Positions 25,977 through 39,538 of a stretch of DNA of 64,000 bases are shown piece by piece. The notes beneath the pieces are model-generated. The model saw only the letters and a list, made by a program, of their open reading frames with translations. It made no database searches and was not told the DNA's origin. How positions within the stretch are numbered: the first letter of the stretch is position 1; every line of letters starts with the position of its first letter. A program made the translations under genes and the position numbers. The DNA lies in the NCBI GenBank assembly GCA_964188305.1, contig OZ076899.1. One strand, written 5' to 3'. This DNA is from Podarcis bocagei. Taxonomy: Eukaryota.

Positions 25977-28900
25977 TAGAACCACTTAAGGACACCATGA
26001 AGGGAATTTTGGTGACAGGAGTAGTTCCGGCTTCATGGAAAGATGCATTCATTACTTTGATCCACAAACAAGACAGTGACCTAACAAAAACTAAAAATTA
26101 CAGACCTATTTCATTATTGAATTGTGACTACAAACAATTTGCTACAATATTGGCTAATAGATTGAAAAAGACATTGACTGAGTTAGTTCACAGAGATCAG
26201 GCTGGGTTTTTACCAGGCCAACAAATGAATGAAAATATAGGAAATGTAATTAATTTAATAGAGTATGCGGAAGTAAGAAATGAAAAACAGGCTGCGTTAA
26301 TCTTCCAAGACGCAGATAAAGCTTTTGACAACATTTCCTGGTCATTTATGATTAAGGTTTTAGAGAAAATGGAAATAGGTAATTATTTCCTAGGAGGAAT
26401 TAAAACAATCTATATCTGCAAATATAGTAATAAATTATATTATTTCAGACAAATGCCAAATAGAAAAAGGAACAAGACAAGGCTGTCCCTGTTTGTTATG
26501 ACATTAGAAATACTGCTTCAGAATATAACGAGAAAAGGGGAAATTAAAGGTTTTGAGGTGGGACGTAGAGTCTACAAATTAAGGGCATTTGCTGATGATG
26601 TGGTGTTGACACTAGAACAACCTTTGGAGAGCGTTCTCTAAGCATTAGAATAAATTAAAAGGTTTGGAGAAGTGGTGGGTTTCAAAATAAACTCAGATAA
26701 AACCAAAATGTTGGTTAAAACATGGATGAGCAGTCAAAATTTTTTTAGAAAGGATGTCTGGTTTAAAAATAGATAAAAAAATTAAGTATTTAGGAATTTG
26801 GCTGACAGTAAGAAAGCTCAACCTATTTGAAAATAATTATATTAAATTGTGGAAAGAGGTTAAGAAAGCTGGAGATATGGGGGAGAATGAAACTCTCCCT
26901 ATTAGATAGAATTTCGGCCATTAAAATGAATATACTCCCTAGGGCGCTGTTTTTATTCCAATCAATCCTGATTGTAAATCATTCAAGCTGCTTCAAAGAA
27001 TGGAAAAAAGATGTCTCTAAATTTATCTGGCAAGGGGAGAAGCCAAGAATAAAATATTTTGTATCCTGATAGATACAAAAGAAAGAGGAGGCTTTGCCCT
27101 GCCAGATTTGCAACTGTATTATGAGGGAGGTTGTTTGCATAGGTTAAAAGAATGGATTGTATTGGACAATGCAAACATCTTAGATTGAGAGGGTCATGAT
27201 TTAAAATTTGGCTGACATGCATGTCTTTGGTATGGGAAGGCTAAAACCTATGAGTTTAATGAACCACATTCTTAGGAAGAATCTATATAGAGACTGGGAA
27301 AAATATATAAATATGCTAGAAACACCTTTATGGCTATCTCACATCAAAGCAATTACAATTAAGAGAGTTAATATGGATAGACAATGGGCATCTTATAGGG
27401 AACTGCTGGATTTTATGGGGGGGGTGGAACCCAAACTGAAACCAATGGACCCCAAAAGAAGATGTATTTTGTGGCATCCCCATGGCTAGCTTACCTGCAA
27501 GGCATAATATGGGGGCCTGCCTTGGAAGATGATATACAGCACATGCCAAGTGATGTGGGTTAGAAAATTTCCCCTTTTTTCATCAGGTCATTAGTAACAA
27601 TAAATGGGTGTCAACAGCAAATACAATATTAGGGAAGCTTGGAAAGTCCCCCCCCCCTTATGCTTTGTTTACAAGTAAAACGAACACTATCGCTCTTCAG
27701 GAAATTTCGCAGTGCAAATTAGGCTAATTTGCATTGGAAATTTTTCCAGTACAACTTATTTCCAGAGAAGTGACATTACTAGCACAAGCTTTGCATGCAG
27801 AAGGTCTAAGATTTAATAATTATTAAAGGCAACCACATTCGTTATGGCATGAGCTTCCATGGACTAGTAGAATCTGCTCCATCAGAAGCATGATGAGTTG
27901 CATCAGAGGAAGTGGCATCAATGAAGACTTCTGCTAAATTTGTTAGGCTTTATGATGCTGCAAGACCCTTTGGTTATTTTTGCTCCAACAGAATAACACA
28001 GGCTTCTCTCTGGAAGCTGGTAGAAAAGCACCAGGGGGGCGGGCTTCCTTTGAAATGCTAATAGGCGTCACAAAAATGTGGTTTTTTATTTTAACTGTGA
28101 CAGGGAAAGAGAGTAAAACCCCTCCCTCCCAGCAGTCCTGGGGCTGCTCAGGCATTTGCTATTTGCTCAGCAAGAAAAAATGCATGTTAACTGTATTCAC
28201 TTCACACAACCTAAGAGCCTGCTGGACCAGTCCAATGGCCCATTTAGTCCAGCATCCTGGGGAGGGTGTTAAAAGGCCTTTCAAAGTGTGATATGCTGTA
28301 TGGATGGGCTCTGTAGCTAGAAGGAGTCTCTCTTTGCTAATCACAGCTGTCAGTGGTGGAGCAAGGTGACAGGAGGTGTTTTGCAAATCACCTGAGGTTC
28401 AGTTGCGGAACCAAATGGCTGGACATAAGTAGTTTAAGAAATTATTTAATAAATAAGCTGCTCTCCAGGTGACAGAGGGAAAAGTTGAGAAGTTGGGAAC
28501 TTCCCACCCACATGTGTAGATAGATGCCTTCACGAACAGCTGTCTGGGTGAAGGTGTTGGGCACCATTCAAGGTAGTCTAGCAGCAGAACGGAGAGAGCT
28601 GACCCACAGCCGAAAGAGGGAGGAGGAGGAGGAGGGTGATGAAGAGAGCATCTGTTGCTGAAAAATCAGGTTAAGTGATGGACAGTAGAGCACCTGTTCC
28701 TTTCATGCAGAAGGTTCGCTTAGATGTCAACTTTTCCCTTTTCTTGTGATGAATCCTATTCAGAATAAGAGAATTTCCCTTTTAAAAAAGGAAAAAGTTG
28801 ACAGCTATGGGTTCAAGTTTCAATCCATCTCCATGGAGGGGAGATTTGGCCAGCAAGTAATGGCTTTTCCCACCTGCCTTGCCCCACCCTCCAGCCCTAG

Positions 28901-29382
28901 GAGATCTTATAGGGGAGCTGTTTCCAGAGGAAAAACTGTGAGGACTCTGTTTTCCATCAGGGGGTGGCTGGTTTCACCTGTGCTGCCCCATGTCTGGCCC
29001 GAAGAACCTTTAGAAGGGAGTTGCTACCCTGGGCATTACACGCATGTGTACTTCAATGAGCTGAATAGAGTGAAATATGAGTCATGGGAGCGTGGCAAAT
29101 GTGTGCAAGAACTTAACAGTGCTTAGTGTAACTGACCTGTAGAAAGGACTCTATGAACTGAAAAGAGATATGCTTATGTACCCTTATTAACTACGAAAAT
29201 CCTTTTTAAAAAGAATGATTATAAAAAAACAACAATGCTTAGTGTATTTTTGGCTGCTATTTTGTTAATGTTGCTTTGTAGACTGTGAATGTTGCATTGA
29301 TTTGTTAATCATATAATATGACTTTTGCTTTAATTGTGACGTATAGCTTATTTTTAAGTTGCTACTTTGCTAACAAAGACAA

Positions 29383-29745
29383 GCGGGTGGCGCTGTGGGT
29401 AAAACCTCAGTGCCTAGGACTTGCCGACCGCATGGTCGGCAGTTCGAATCCCCGCGGCGGGGTGAGCTCCCGTCTTTCGGTCCCAGCTCCTGCCCACCTA
29501 GCAGTTCGAAAGCACCCCCAAGTGCAAGTAGATAAATAGGTACCGCTTTATAGCGGGAAGGTAAACGGCGTTTCCGTGTGCTGCGCTGGTGCTGGCTCGC
29601 CAGAGCAGCTTCGTCACGCTGGCCATGTGACCCGGAAATGTTTCCGGACAGCGCTGGCCCCCAGCCTCTTAAGTGAGATGGGCGCATAACCCTAGAGTCG
29701 GACACGACTGGCCCGTACGGGCAGGGGTACCTTGATCTTACCTTT
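29383..29745 (+). mobile_element. Sauria SINE
   Basis: Family core and tail; TSD tttgctaaca. Confidence 0.9.
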
Positions 29746-30200
29746 AATTTGCTAACAGTGCTTTATAGATTGTAATTGTTTCACTGATGATTTGTTAATT
29801 TTTCTATATGATCTATGCTGCATTTGTGATGTTCTATGATGTTCCATAATGTTATTATTTATGGTTTGCAAGTCGCTTTGGGATTCATTTGAATGAAAAA
29901 CAGTATAGAGTTATAATGAATTGAATCAAATCTCCAGGTAAGACTCCCTGCCTGAAATTCTGGAGAGCTGTTGCCAGTCAGTGTAGTCAGTACTGAGTAA
30001 GATGGACCAATGGCCTGATGTATTTTCTATGTTCTATTTCTAATGATGGGAGGAGGGGAAAACCTGCTCCTAGCTGACGGAATGACAAACCCCAGGGATG
30101 GCTGTGCTCTGCCTCCAACTGGTATCCACGGTCTGGATACCAGTTGCTGGGAATTGCAAATATGGAAGAGTGCTCTTGCTCTCAGGTCCTGCTTGTGGAC

Positions 30201-30243
<43 letters not shown>
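30201..30243. repeat. (TAA)n microsatellite
   Basis: Seen directly; explains the poly-N/poly-I ORFs. Confidence 0.95.
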
Positions 30244-30244
<1 letters not shown>

Positions 30245-31595
30245 TTATTATTTATACCCACCCATCTGGCTAGGTCTCCCCAGCCACTCTGGGCATCTGC
30301 CTGGGTGGACCATGATGGGCGTTTGCCTGGATCCTGCAGGGCTCTTCTTATGTTGCTATGAAAAGACAGAGGTTGCAACTCTCTCTGCTTTGGCAGGGCC
30401 AGCCATTGACCCGGCTACCAACAACTGATCCCCCTGCTGCTGGGAAGGTGAACTTTGGATAACACTGTACAAACCAGCATGTTGGATGTTGGAGAGTGAT
30501 AATTAAGCAGAGATTCCTGCCACCCACCCTCAGACACTGCAGAAATCTCTCCCCACTGCGAGAATAACACCAAGCAAGTGAGATGTCTCCCTCTTGCCTT
30601 GACTGTGGGGGGGGGGGTGCCTCAACAGGGGGCTGGAGCCCTGAGTCCAACTTGCAGACTTCCACTGTCAAGTTCTCCTGCCCAAGCCTCATGGAAACAA
30701 ACGAGAGATGAGCAAGAGAGCCCTTACATCTCTCCCATTCATTTCTAGGAAACTTGTGCAGGAGAACTTCTCAGTCCATGCCTCATTAGGAATGGGGGAG
30801 GGGGAGGTGCTATTTGGATTTCCCACCGCAGGCACCAAAATAAGCCTCGGCCCATCTCATCCCAGCCTGAAAAGGCATCTTTTTATGTATGTACATCAGC
30901 CCATTACAATTAATACAACGGCAAACATACCCGAAGAAAGAAGCCCCATCAAAAACTGCTTGTCATAAGGCGCAAAAAAGCTCACCACCACCATCTCCAA
31001 CCACACAATGCACAGATCTCCCTGCTGTTGATTTGTTTGTTTCAAGTCACCCACTGAAATGCTCCCTCTCAGATACCAGTTTATTTTGGATCTTCAAAGG
31101 AACATTTCTTAATCCCCCACCCCACCGTACGCTGACTATTTTGAGAGAAGTCACAAATGTACAACACATCCCCTCCCTAGAGAGACCCCCCCCAGGAGCA
31201 TCCCCCCAACAGCCTAAGAAACTCACAACAGAACATGCCACAGCTGCATCCAGGGCCCCGCTGACAGCATTCAACATGGCTTTGTTCCCGTCGCCTCAAA
31301 CTCGTGTCTTCGGAAAACCAAAAGTCGTCAGGATCCTGGCATGGTGGAAGGAGGCGGCATGCAGTGTCTCCACTGGTCTTGACAGCGAAGGCTTCCCTCA
31401 TTCCCCGCCCCCACTCTGCTTCCCCACCCTCATGCGAGAGACGTGTGGTCTCAGTGCCAACACACCTGAAAATATGGAGGTGGTTGGAAGCAACGGTGAC
31501 AGAAATGAACCGAAGGTCAACACCAGGAGCCTCACCACATCTGAATGCAAATGAAACGTCTGACTGGAAGCAAGTTGTCTCTCAAGGCTGCTTAC

Positions 31596-31880
31596 CTGGG
31601 TCTGGTTAGGGCAGGGCTGGAGTGCCCCAAATCTGCTTCTGAGTATCATAGCAGCATATTCGACTACACTTCTTGTTTGGGGGGTGTAGGTATTTTTCAG
31701 GTCAGCAGCCACACCTAAAGGCTTCCCAGGATGAAGCTGGGATGTACTGGTGCCCCTCTGTTGCTGATTTCCTGCTTCCACCACGGCAACCGAGGAGCGT
31801 GGCAACCGAGGAGCCCCCTCGGCTCTTCTTGGCTGGGCCTCGGAGAAGGAGAAGCAAAGCAGCAGCTGGGAGTTGTTGCC
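31596..31880 (-). other. FAM81A: Candidate FAM81A first exon (5' end approximate)
   Basis: Perfect CAG|gtaag donor at 31596/31595, directly downstream of an X-box cluster. In-frame ATG at 31649 (MILRSRFGALQPCPNQTQ), phase 0 end. Confidence 0.35.
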
Positions 31881-31902
31881 AGGACGCTGTCGCTATAGCA
31901 AC
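31875..31902. promoter_or_regulatory. RFX X-box cluster (GTCGCTATAGCAAC at 31889-31902 plus GTTGCCAGGAC)
   Basis: Near-palindromic match to the X-box consensus GTYNCY-AT-RGNAAC. Extra GGCAAC half-sites occur in a direct repeat (ggcaaccgaggag x2, about 31785-31813). Confidence 0.55.
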
Positions 31903-32899
31903 AAGCATCTCAACCTCCATGAAGCAAGGCCCTCCTCAAGAGGAGAGAGAGAGAAGGAACTTATTTATAGGGAACAAAATATCAGCACATACAAATCCTC
32001 TTTGAAGAGACTTAACCCCACAATTATTTCCTAGCGGGGTCAGTTTCTCTCAGAAGATTGGCAGGGGGAAGAACAGTTTCTTCCCTTTTTCAAAAGCAAA
32101 TTGCCAGCTGTGACGAATTCTAATCCAGACAAAGCACAGACACAGAAAGAACACTTTGGCTTCCCATAGCTCAAGCTTATATCCTGTTCAATGTGCGCCA
32201 CAGAATTCCTGCAGGCACACAATGCTCGGCTGTAAGGAAATGAAGTTGGTACACATAAAAGGTCCTGGTGACATTTCTCCGGGCTGTCATTCACAGAAAT
32301 TAATTACCCCCTCTCCCCCCACCTCCAGTAAGAGAGAGTTTGGCCTGGTGGCAAAGCAACACAGTTGCCAACCAAAGTCAAGACACGCAGTATCGCTTTT
32401 TTACAGAGAACAAAAGGAACCCCATGCAGGGCCATTGAGGCAAACTTCCCACAAAGAGGATGTTGAGCTCCATGAAATGCTACAAACCTCAGCCATGTAG
32501 CATTATCCCTTGGGAAGTTCTCCTGCACAAGCCACCCCCCCCCCCCGCCATGGAAAAGCACACACAAGAGTCCTTACGTAGGATAATTTTTGGCAGGTTG
32601 TTCCTCCGGTGGGAAAACTGGAGGGAACTGTCACTTGGGGTTTCACCCCAGCACCTCAAGGCTATAGCAAGTGGCCTGCTCCAGGCAGTCAGGTCCTGGG
32701 ACTGGCTGCCTATCCAAGTAGGCTGAAAGACATCATTCACACTTGGGGTTCAAACAGGCAGAGATCAACTTTCAGAGCAGCAAATGTGAGAGGCTGAAGG
32801 CAGGTGCTTAGGCAAAGCCAGGTGGGGCTTAAGAAAGCCCACTGGAAAAGTGGGAAAATGGGAGGTTGGCAACAAGGTTTTCACATCAAAGATGAGAAT

Positions 32900-33580
32900 T
32901 ACTATTCTTATTATAAATTTCTGTACCGGCTTTTATCCGAAGATCACAGGGTGATTTACAAGATCAAAACACAAAAATACATACCATAATAACAAGCAAA
33001 AACAATACCCTTACTTCAGTTTAAAAGGCCAAATATTGTTTAATTAGCCACAGGCCTTGGAGTAGAGGCATGATATAGCTTGTAATGAAGGTACCAGGTG
33101 AGCCTCTCTGGGGAGAGCATTCCACAAGTGGGGGGCCACTGCAGAAAAGGCCCATTATTGTCTTGCCACCCGCTGGACCTTTCATCACAGAGGAGGCACA
33201 CGAAGAAGGGCCTGAGATGATGATTGCAGGGTCCGGGTTTATATGGGAAACGGCATTGAGGAATTGTGGTCCTGAGCCATTTTAAGACTTTATAGGTCAA
33301 AACCAGCACTTTGAACTGGGACTGGAAACTAATTGGCAGCCAGTGCAGTCGGGCCAGGATCGGTGTAAAATGCTCAAACCGTCTTGCCCTGGTGAGCAAC
33401 CAGGCTGCCAAATTTGGCATCAGCTGAAGTTTCTAAACCGTCTTCAGAGGCAGCCCTACGTATAACACATTGCGGTAATCTAACATTGAAGTTACCAGAG
33501 CACAGGCAACAGTTGTTAGGCTATCCCTGTCCAGATAGGGGCACAGCTGGGCCACTAGCCAAAGTAAATGGGAGGCACTC
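32900..33580 (-). mobile_element. L2 LINE ORF2 3' fragment
   Basis: LVTSMLDYRNVLYVGLP and HFTPILARLHWLPISFQSQFKVLVLTYK, the L2 RT C-terminus. Confidence 0.85.
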
Positions 33581-34249
33581 TGCGCCAGCATGGTGTAGTG
33601 GTTAAGAGCAGTGGACTTGTAATCTGGTGAACCATGTTCACTCCTCCACTCCTCCACCTGCAGCTGCTGGGTGACCTTGGGCTAGTCACACTTTTCTGAA
33701 ATCTCTCGGCCTCACTCACCTCACAGAGTGTTTGTTGTAATATTCAGTCAAACCTCATGTTGCGTCCGCTTCAGGTTGCATTTTTTCGGGTTGCGGACTG
33801 CTGAAACCTGGAAGTACCAGAACGGGTTACTTCCGGGCTTTGGCAGAAGCGCATGTGCAGAAGCGCCAAATCACAACCTGCGCAAGCACAGACATGGGTT
33901 GCAAACGCTGTGGGTTGCAAACGTGCATCCCACACGGATCACGTTTGCAACCCAAGCGTCCACTGTAATAATGAAACAACAACACAAGACTCGGAACCAG
34001 CACAAAATAATGAAAACATTGGAGAAAAACATCTAATTTTGCAGCAGCACATGAAATGGTGGCGTATGACAGCAGGAAAATAACAAATTACCCATCAGTC
34101 TCAGAAGACAAAACTCAAAATTACCATTCAAATATCAGGCTGTACCTGGCCCCTAAAGCTTTAAGGGTGCTGGGTGGGTGACTCTGAGGAGGACATTCTA
34201 ATAAAGGGGAGCCACAACTGAAAAGGGCACTTGCTTCTCTCCTGAAGGA

Positions 34250-34585
34250 GGGTGAGGCCAGTATATCTGAAGGAGCGTCTCCACCCCCATCATTCTACCC
34301 GGACACTGAGGTCCAGCACCGAGAGCCTTCTGGTGGTTCCCTCACTGCGAGAAGCCAAGTTACAGGGAACCAGACAGAGGGCCTTCTCAGTAGTGGCGCC
34401 TTCCCTGTGGAACACCCTCCCACCAGATGTCAAAGAGAAGAACAACTACCAGAGTTTTAGAAGACATCTGAAGGCTTGTTTAGGGAAGCTTTTAATGTTT
34501 GATGTATTACGGTATTTTAATATTTTGTTGGAAGCCGCCCAGAGTGGCTGTGGAAGCCCAGCCACATGGGCGGGGTATAAATAAT

Positions 34586-34620
<35 letters not shown>
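34250..34620 (+). mobile_element. L2 LINE 3' end with (TTA)n tail
   Basis: PVYLKERL...RTLRS...RAFSVVAPSLWNTLP followed by (att)n. Confidence 0.85.
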
Positions 34621-34621
<1 letters not shown>

Positions 34622-36723
34622 GGCGGCACCCACAGGAAGACTTCTGGCATAATGTTTTGGCAGGTTCATATAAGAGTAGCAAATTCTTCAGAGTTGTCAA
34701 AAGCCTGGAACTGTCCAGGAAGAGATCTGTCTATAAAAAAGGAACTAAATAAATACACATTTACAGTCACATCATCAGCTCCCTGCCTAGCCAAGAGCAT
34801 TAAATTCAGAGTAAGCCCTCCCTCCCCCCGCCTACAGGTATTAGGGCAGATTACAGGTTAGGACATCTCCGCGGCTGTCCTAGCAGCCATGAAGTTATTG
34901 AAAAGGCAGTGGGAATATTGAGGTCCCCAAGAATGAGCGTGGGGTACTCAACAACAAGCCTCACCTTTCTGAGACCACTTCTGTTAGCTGAAGATGCCTA
35001 GTCTGTCCTGATTAGCCAATATCAGATGCAAACACTGGTAGCCAGGTTTCCTGGAAGAGATGGGACCACGATGTCCTACAGTAGAAAGCCCTCCTGCCCC
35101 ATCTGCAAGCATGAGAGCTAGTGTGGCACAGTGGTTATGGTACAGGACTAGGACCTGGGAGAGACGGGAGATGAAATCCCCACTTGGCCAGGAAGCTTGC
35201 TGGGTGACCCTTGGCCAGTCACTCACTCTCAGCCTAACCTACCTCGTTGTGAGGATAAAATGGGGAAAAGGAGAACCATGTATGCCACCTTGAGCTCCTT
35301 GTAGCGAAGGTAGGATATAAATTAAACAAACAAACAAACAAACAAACACGGTAATTCAGTTTTACTAGCAAACCAGAGGTTAAACTAACTCCTTTCCAGC
35401 TCTGGAAGGAGCAAGAGGAGCATTTGTGCGACCCACCTACACACTACAACTGACACACTAATGTGGAGAGTTCTGCTCTGTTCTGTTATTGCTGTAAATA
35501 GGACTGTCAAAGGTAGAAGGGAACATTGCTCGGTAGTTATGAACTTCTGTCCATTGTGGCAGCAGGCTGTTTTTGGACAATAAATACAATCAGACTGAAT
35601 AGGAAGCTTTGACTTATTTGGAACATGAAGGAAACAAGACGTTCTCAGAAAAGAAAAAAGAGCAAAGCAAGAATAGGAGACTAGGGGCAGAGCTAAGGGA
35701 AACATGCCTCCCAAAACCCATATTGTGTATACTTTAGATTTTCCATACATTTTAAACTATAACGGTTAGGAAAAACAAATCTTGAGTTTCACTCAGTGCT
35801 GAAAAGCATAATTTGTTTGGGCTTCATCTGATTGAGGTAGATCTGAAACATGTGACTCAAGGGAAGGCAATGTCACGAGAAGCACCTGGGGTCTGGCTTG
35901 AGCCAGCGAAAGGCCTAGAGATTCTGCTCATCACAAGGGGAATTTCATGTTGGCATAACTTGTTTCCCACTCACAGTCCTGGCCCAATTGCTAGCTTATT
36001 GATTAGCATGACGACGGTTATCCTTTGTTAATGGTAGGTGTTGTTGGTGTTAGGCGTATGAAACTCACTACATGGTGGGCAGGATGAACCATTAGCAACA
36101 TGGCTGGAGTGTGGCCAGCTCAGCCCCAGAGAAGTACTGAAACCCTGTTAGGCCAGAACTGGGTCACTTGGTTCCTCAAAAAGTTGGTGATTCATAGCTG
36201 AACTGTGTGAACTGTCTCTAATGGAATGAAAAGCACTATGTCTGAGGGTCAGATAAGACCCAGATGGGCTTAGCTTACCACCTTAAAAAAAAATCACATG
36301 CCTAGCTTGTTCATTAATAGGGTTGTTGGGGTGGATGCCTAATTTTAATTTGAGACAGGGTCTGGATCTTAACCCCATACCTGCCTTTCCTCCCTTGGAT
36401 CCATCACTACGAACATTTTAAGCCCAGCTCACGCTGGGGAAAAAGCACGGCAGGGGAAGTAAAGGGAAGCTTTTTCTATTTATTGTGATTCAGCAAATAT
36501 GGCTGTCCTTGTCCCGTCAGTCATCACATCTAGTTTGGCCCTGAGGTAAGGTGAGGTGGGGACACAGAAGCCCTCTCCGTGGGGTCTTGTGGTTTCTGCT
36601 GACCCGTTCGCACGTCTAAGTTATCCACTTGCTGTTGCAGACATTAAGAAAGACAAACCTCTTTCTTGGGAAAGAGAATCAGAGAATTGTAGACTTGAAA
36701 GGGACACAAAGGATCATCTTATT

Positions 36724-36917
36724 CAGAGCTTTCCAAACGTTGCATGTCGGTGACACACTTTTGAGACACACATCATTTCACGGCAAAGTAATTCAGTTTT
36801 AACAGCAAACCAGAGGTTCAACTAACCCCTTTCCAGCAGTGGGAGCGTTTGCATGACACACCTACACATTGCAGCTGACACACTAATGTGTCGCGACATA
36901 CAGTTTGGGTAACTCTG
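36724..36917. mobile_element. hAT-like MITE (partial related copy at 35348-35480)
   Basis: cagagctttccaaac...gtttgggtaactctg TIR; shared gtaattcagtttt...agcaaaccagaggtt core. Confidence 0.6.
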
Positions 36918-37384
36918 GCCTGGAGCCTGTTGTTTGACTTGTCTGCTGTTCTGGCTCATGCCCACTAGAGTCCACTGTTCTCCCTGATAGGTTGGAACAT
37001 CCATTCCCCCAGATTTCTGCTCCACTGAAAAAGTGCCCACTAACTTTACAAACAAACTGGACGCTTACTTTGGGAGGTGGAGTGAGGGTGTTAGAGGAAA
37101 GCTGCTCACTAGAGAAGATCATTTATCAGTCTATGGTGATTGTGTAGGGCAGGTAGGTGTAAATGAACCATTCTCTCTCAATCCCAACAACCCAAGTTCC
37201 AAGTACGTATAAACCACGCTGCCTCCTGTGTTCCTTGAAAGCAGGTTGTTTCCTTTCTTAATTTCCTTTATGAAATGGGATCAAATACCATAACCAAACC
37301 CTAGTGGGGGAAGGGGGCAACTACCCTGTGAGTATAGGTCCAACCAAAAAATCATATTAGGCTTCCTCAAGGTGGGGTTAGATA

Positions 37385-38050
37385 TAGAATCATAGATTCT
37401 TAGAGTTGGAAGGGACCCCAAGGGTCATCTAGTCTAACCCCCTGCAACGCAGGAATCTCAGCTAAAGCATCCATGACAGATGGCCATCCAACCTCTGTTT
37501 AAAAACCTCCAAGGAAGGAGAGTCCACCACATCTTGTGGGAGTCTGTTCCACTGTTGAACAGCTGTTACTGTCAGAAAGTTTTTCCAAATGTTTAGTTGG
37601 AATCTCCTTTCTTGCAACTTGAAGTCATTGGTTCAAGTCCTTCCCTCTAGAGCAGGAGAAAACAAGCCTGCTTCCTCCTCCATGTGACAGCCCTTAAGAT
37701 ATTTGAAGATCTCTTCTCAGTCTCTTCTTTTCCAGGCTAAACATACCCAGCTCCTTCAAGTGCTCTTCATGAGGCTTAGTTTCTTGATTGTCCTCCTCTG
37801 CATGCATTGCACCTTGTCAACATCCTTCTTAAACCATGGTGTCCAGAACTGGACACAGTATTCCAGATGTGGTCTGACCAAGGCAGAACAGAGTGGTACT
37901 CTTACTTCCCTTGATCTGAACACTATACTTCTGTTGCTGCAGCCTAGAATAGCATTAGCCTTTTTTGCTGCTGTATCACTTTTGACTCATGTTAAGCTTG
38001 TGGTCCACCAAGCTTCACATGTACTGCTAGTAAGCCAGGTGTCTCCCATC
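37385..38050 (-). mobile_element. CR1 LINE 3' portion
   Basis: tagaatcataga tail (reverse complement of the ttctatgattcta repeat); antisense QNWTQYSRCGLTKAE-type ORF. Confidence 0.85.
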
Positions 38051-39538
38051 TATATAGTTGTGGTTGAAATTTTTAAAAAGGGATTAGTTAAATTAACAAT
38101 GGTTGATAGGTTACTAGGGAGAGGGATACTGCCCTCATGCCCTCCTTCCAGGGGCTTTCCACAGACATCAAAGTGGACATCATGGGAAAAGAGGATGTGG
38201 GACTAGAAGCCTTTAGCTTCTTACGATGTCAGCCACAACAGCTGATGGAGCCTCTATTTCCAGGGGCCGTCTGGCTAACTGATATTGGAGATAAACAGCT
38301 GGGGAACATTGTTGCCTTCAGTTTCTTGTGACTGTCCTGGAGGTCTCTGGATGGTGGGCCTTTGGTCTCATCCAGAAGGGCACTTCTTAGGTTCCTATAG
38401 AAAGTGGCTATCACCAGCTATTACTGGATTATTTGCCATGGTAGATAGATAAAACCTCCATGTACAGAGACGGTTCACCTCTGAATATGAGTTCTAGCTT
38501 CCTGGAGGCATCTGATGTACATGCTGGACTGAGGTCTCCTGGTCCAATTCAACAGAGCTTAAATTGCAGGGGGCGGGGGATACAGTGTACTTTAGAAGCT
38601 GTTGCTGTGGTTACCTTTTTAATACACATCTGTTACCCTTGCATGTCAACCCCTCGTTTCTCTATTTGTAGGGATGCTTCGACTCTGGGGATGCTGCAGC
38701 AGGCAAGTTCCTCCTTCCTTGAGAGCTTGCAAAAGAAGTCTCCTTGGACTCCAGATCTGTTCCAGCGGCTACAAAACTCCTGTTCTTAAGCAGAGCCGTA
38801 GCTAGGTGATCTTGCACCCCTGGCAGATTGCGCTTCCTAGCCACAGACAAACTAGCTCTTCTTTCCGCCTCCACCCATTCAATTCACCCTCTATTTAAAA
38901 CCTTTTCTTATGAGGCAATAATCAATATTTTTATTTATAGACATATTTATGGACATGTTTCTTAAGCCAATTTTGCACACACACCCCGTCTGCATCTCTG
39001 GTGGGGGCCCACCTCACCACCCCCTAGCTATGGCCCTGCTTGCTGTCAGACATGGCCAGGAAAGCGTTCTTCCTGAGACTGGTTATAACCTGTTAAAAGG
39101 TTCTAATTAGGGTCTTCAGCATGATACATCTGTTTGAGGATGCACATGTTGTGTCAAATTAGATGTGACGAGTCCAAGCACATTTTTATAAAAAATGTTG
39201 TGCTTTAAAAAATAAAATGGATTAAATGTTCTGGAGAGATTGCAGTTCTTTTGTGGCAACGAGAGAATGTGAGGAGTGGGGAGTGCTCTCTTTTCTAGAG
39301 GCCCTGCTTTTGGTGTATGGAAATTTACAACTGAAGCTTTTCCCTTCATGGATATAAATGGTGGGGGAAACTTCACGTGTCAGAAGTTAATGTAAAGGAA
39401 TGCTCCTCAATACTCAAGGCCCTGCCAAGGAGGAACTGAAATCAAGATAGACTGAAATCAAGATACATTATGTCGACAGCATCCCCTTGATCCACCAAGC
39501 TTGTAACTCCATCAGCAAAAAGAAATGAGATTTGTCTG

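Larger units (their letters stand above)
22050..27490 (+). mobile_element. Large degenerate L1 LINE (ORF1 about 22165-22900; ORF2 EN-RT about 24285-27490), 3'-truncated, interrupted by two MITEs
   Basis: Coiled-coil/RRM ORF1 (LRFRSIP...IDCAFRV). ORF2 motifs NYRPISLLNCDYK, QAGFLPG, DADKAFD, AFADD and KMNILPR, with many stops and frameshifts. Confidence 0.9.

Noticed and set aside
28265-29120. Possible solo LTR (tgttaa...ttaaca)
   Set aside because: No TSD or second copy could be found; left unclassified.
35720-35750. ATG GAA AAT (MEN...) as the mammalian-type FAM81A start exon
   Set aside because: It diverges after three codons and has no convincing splice donor.
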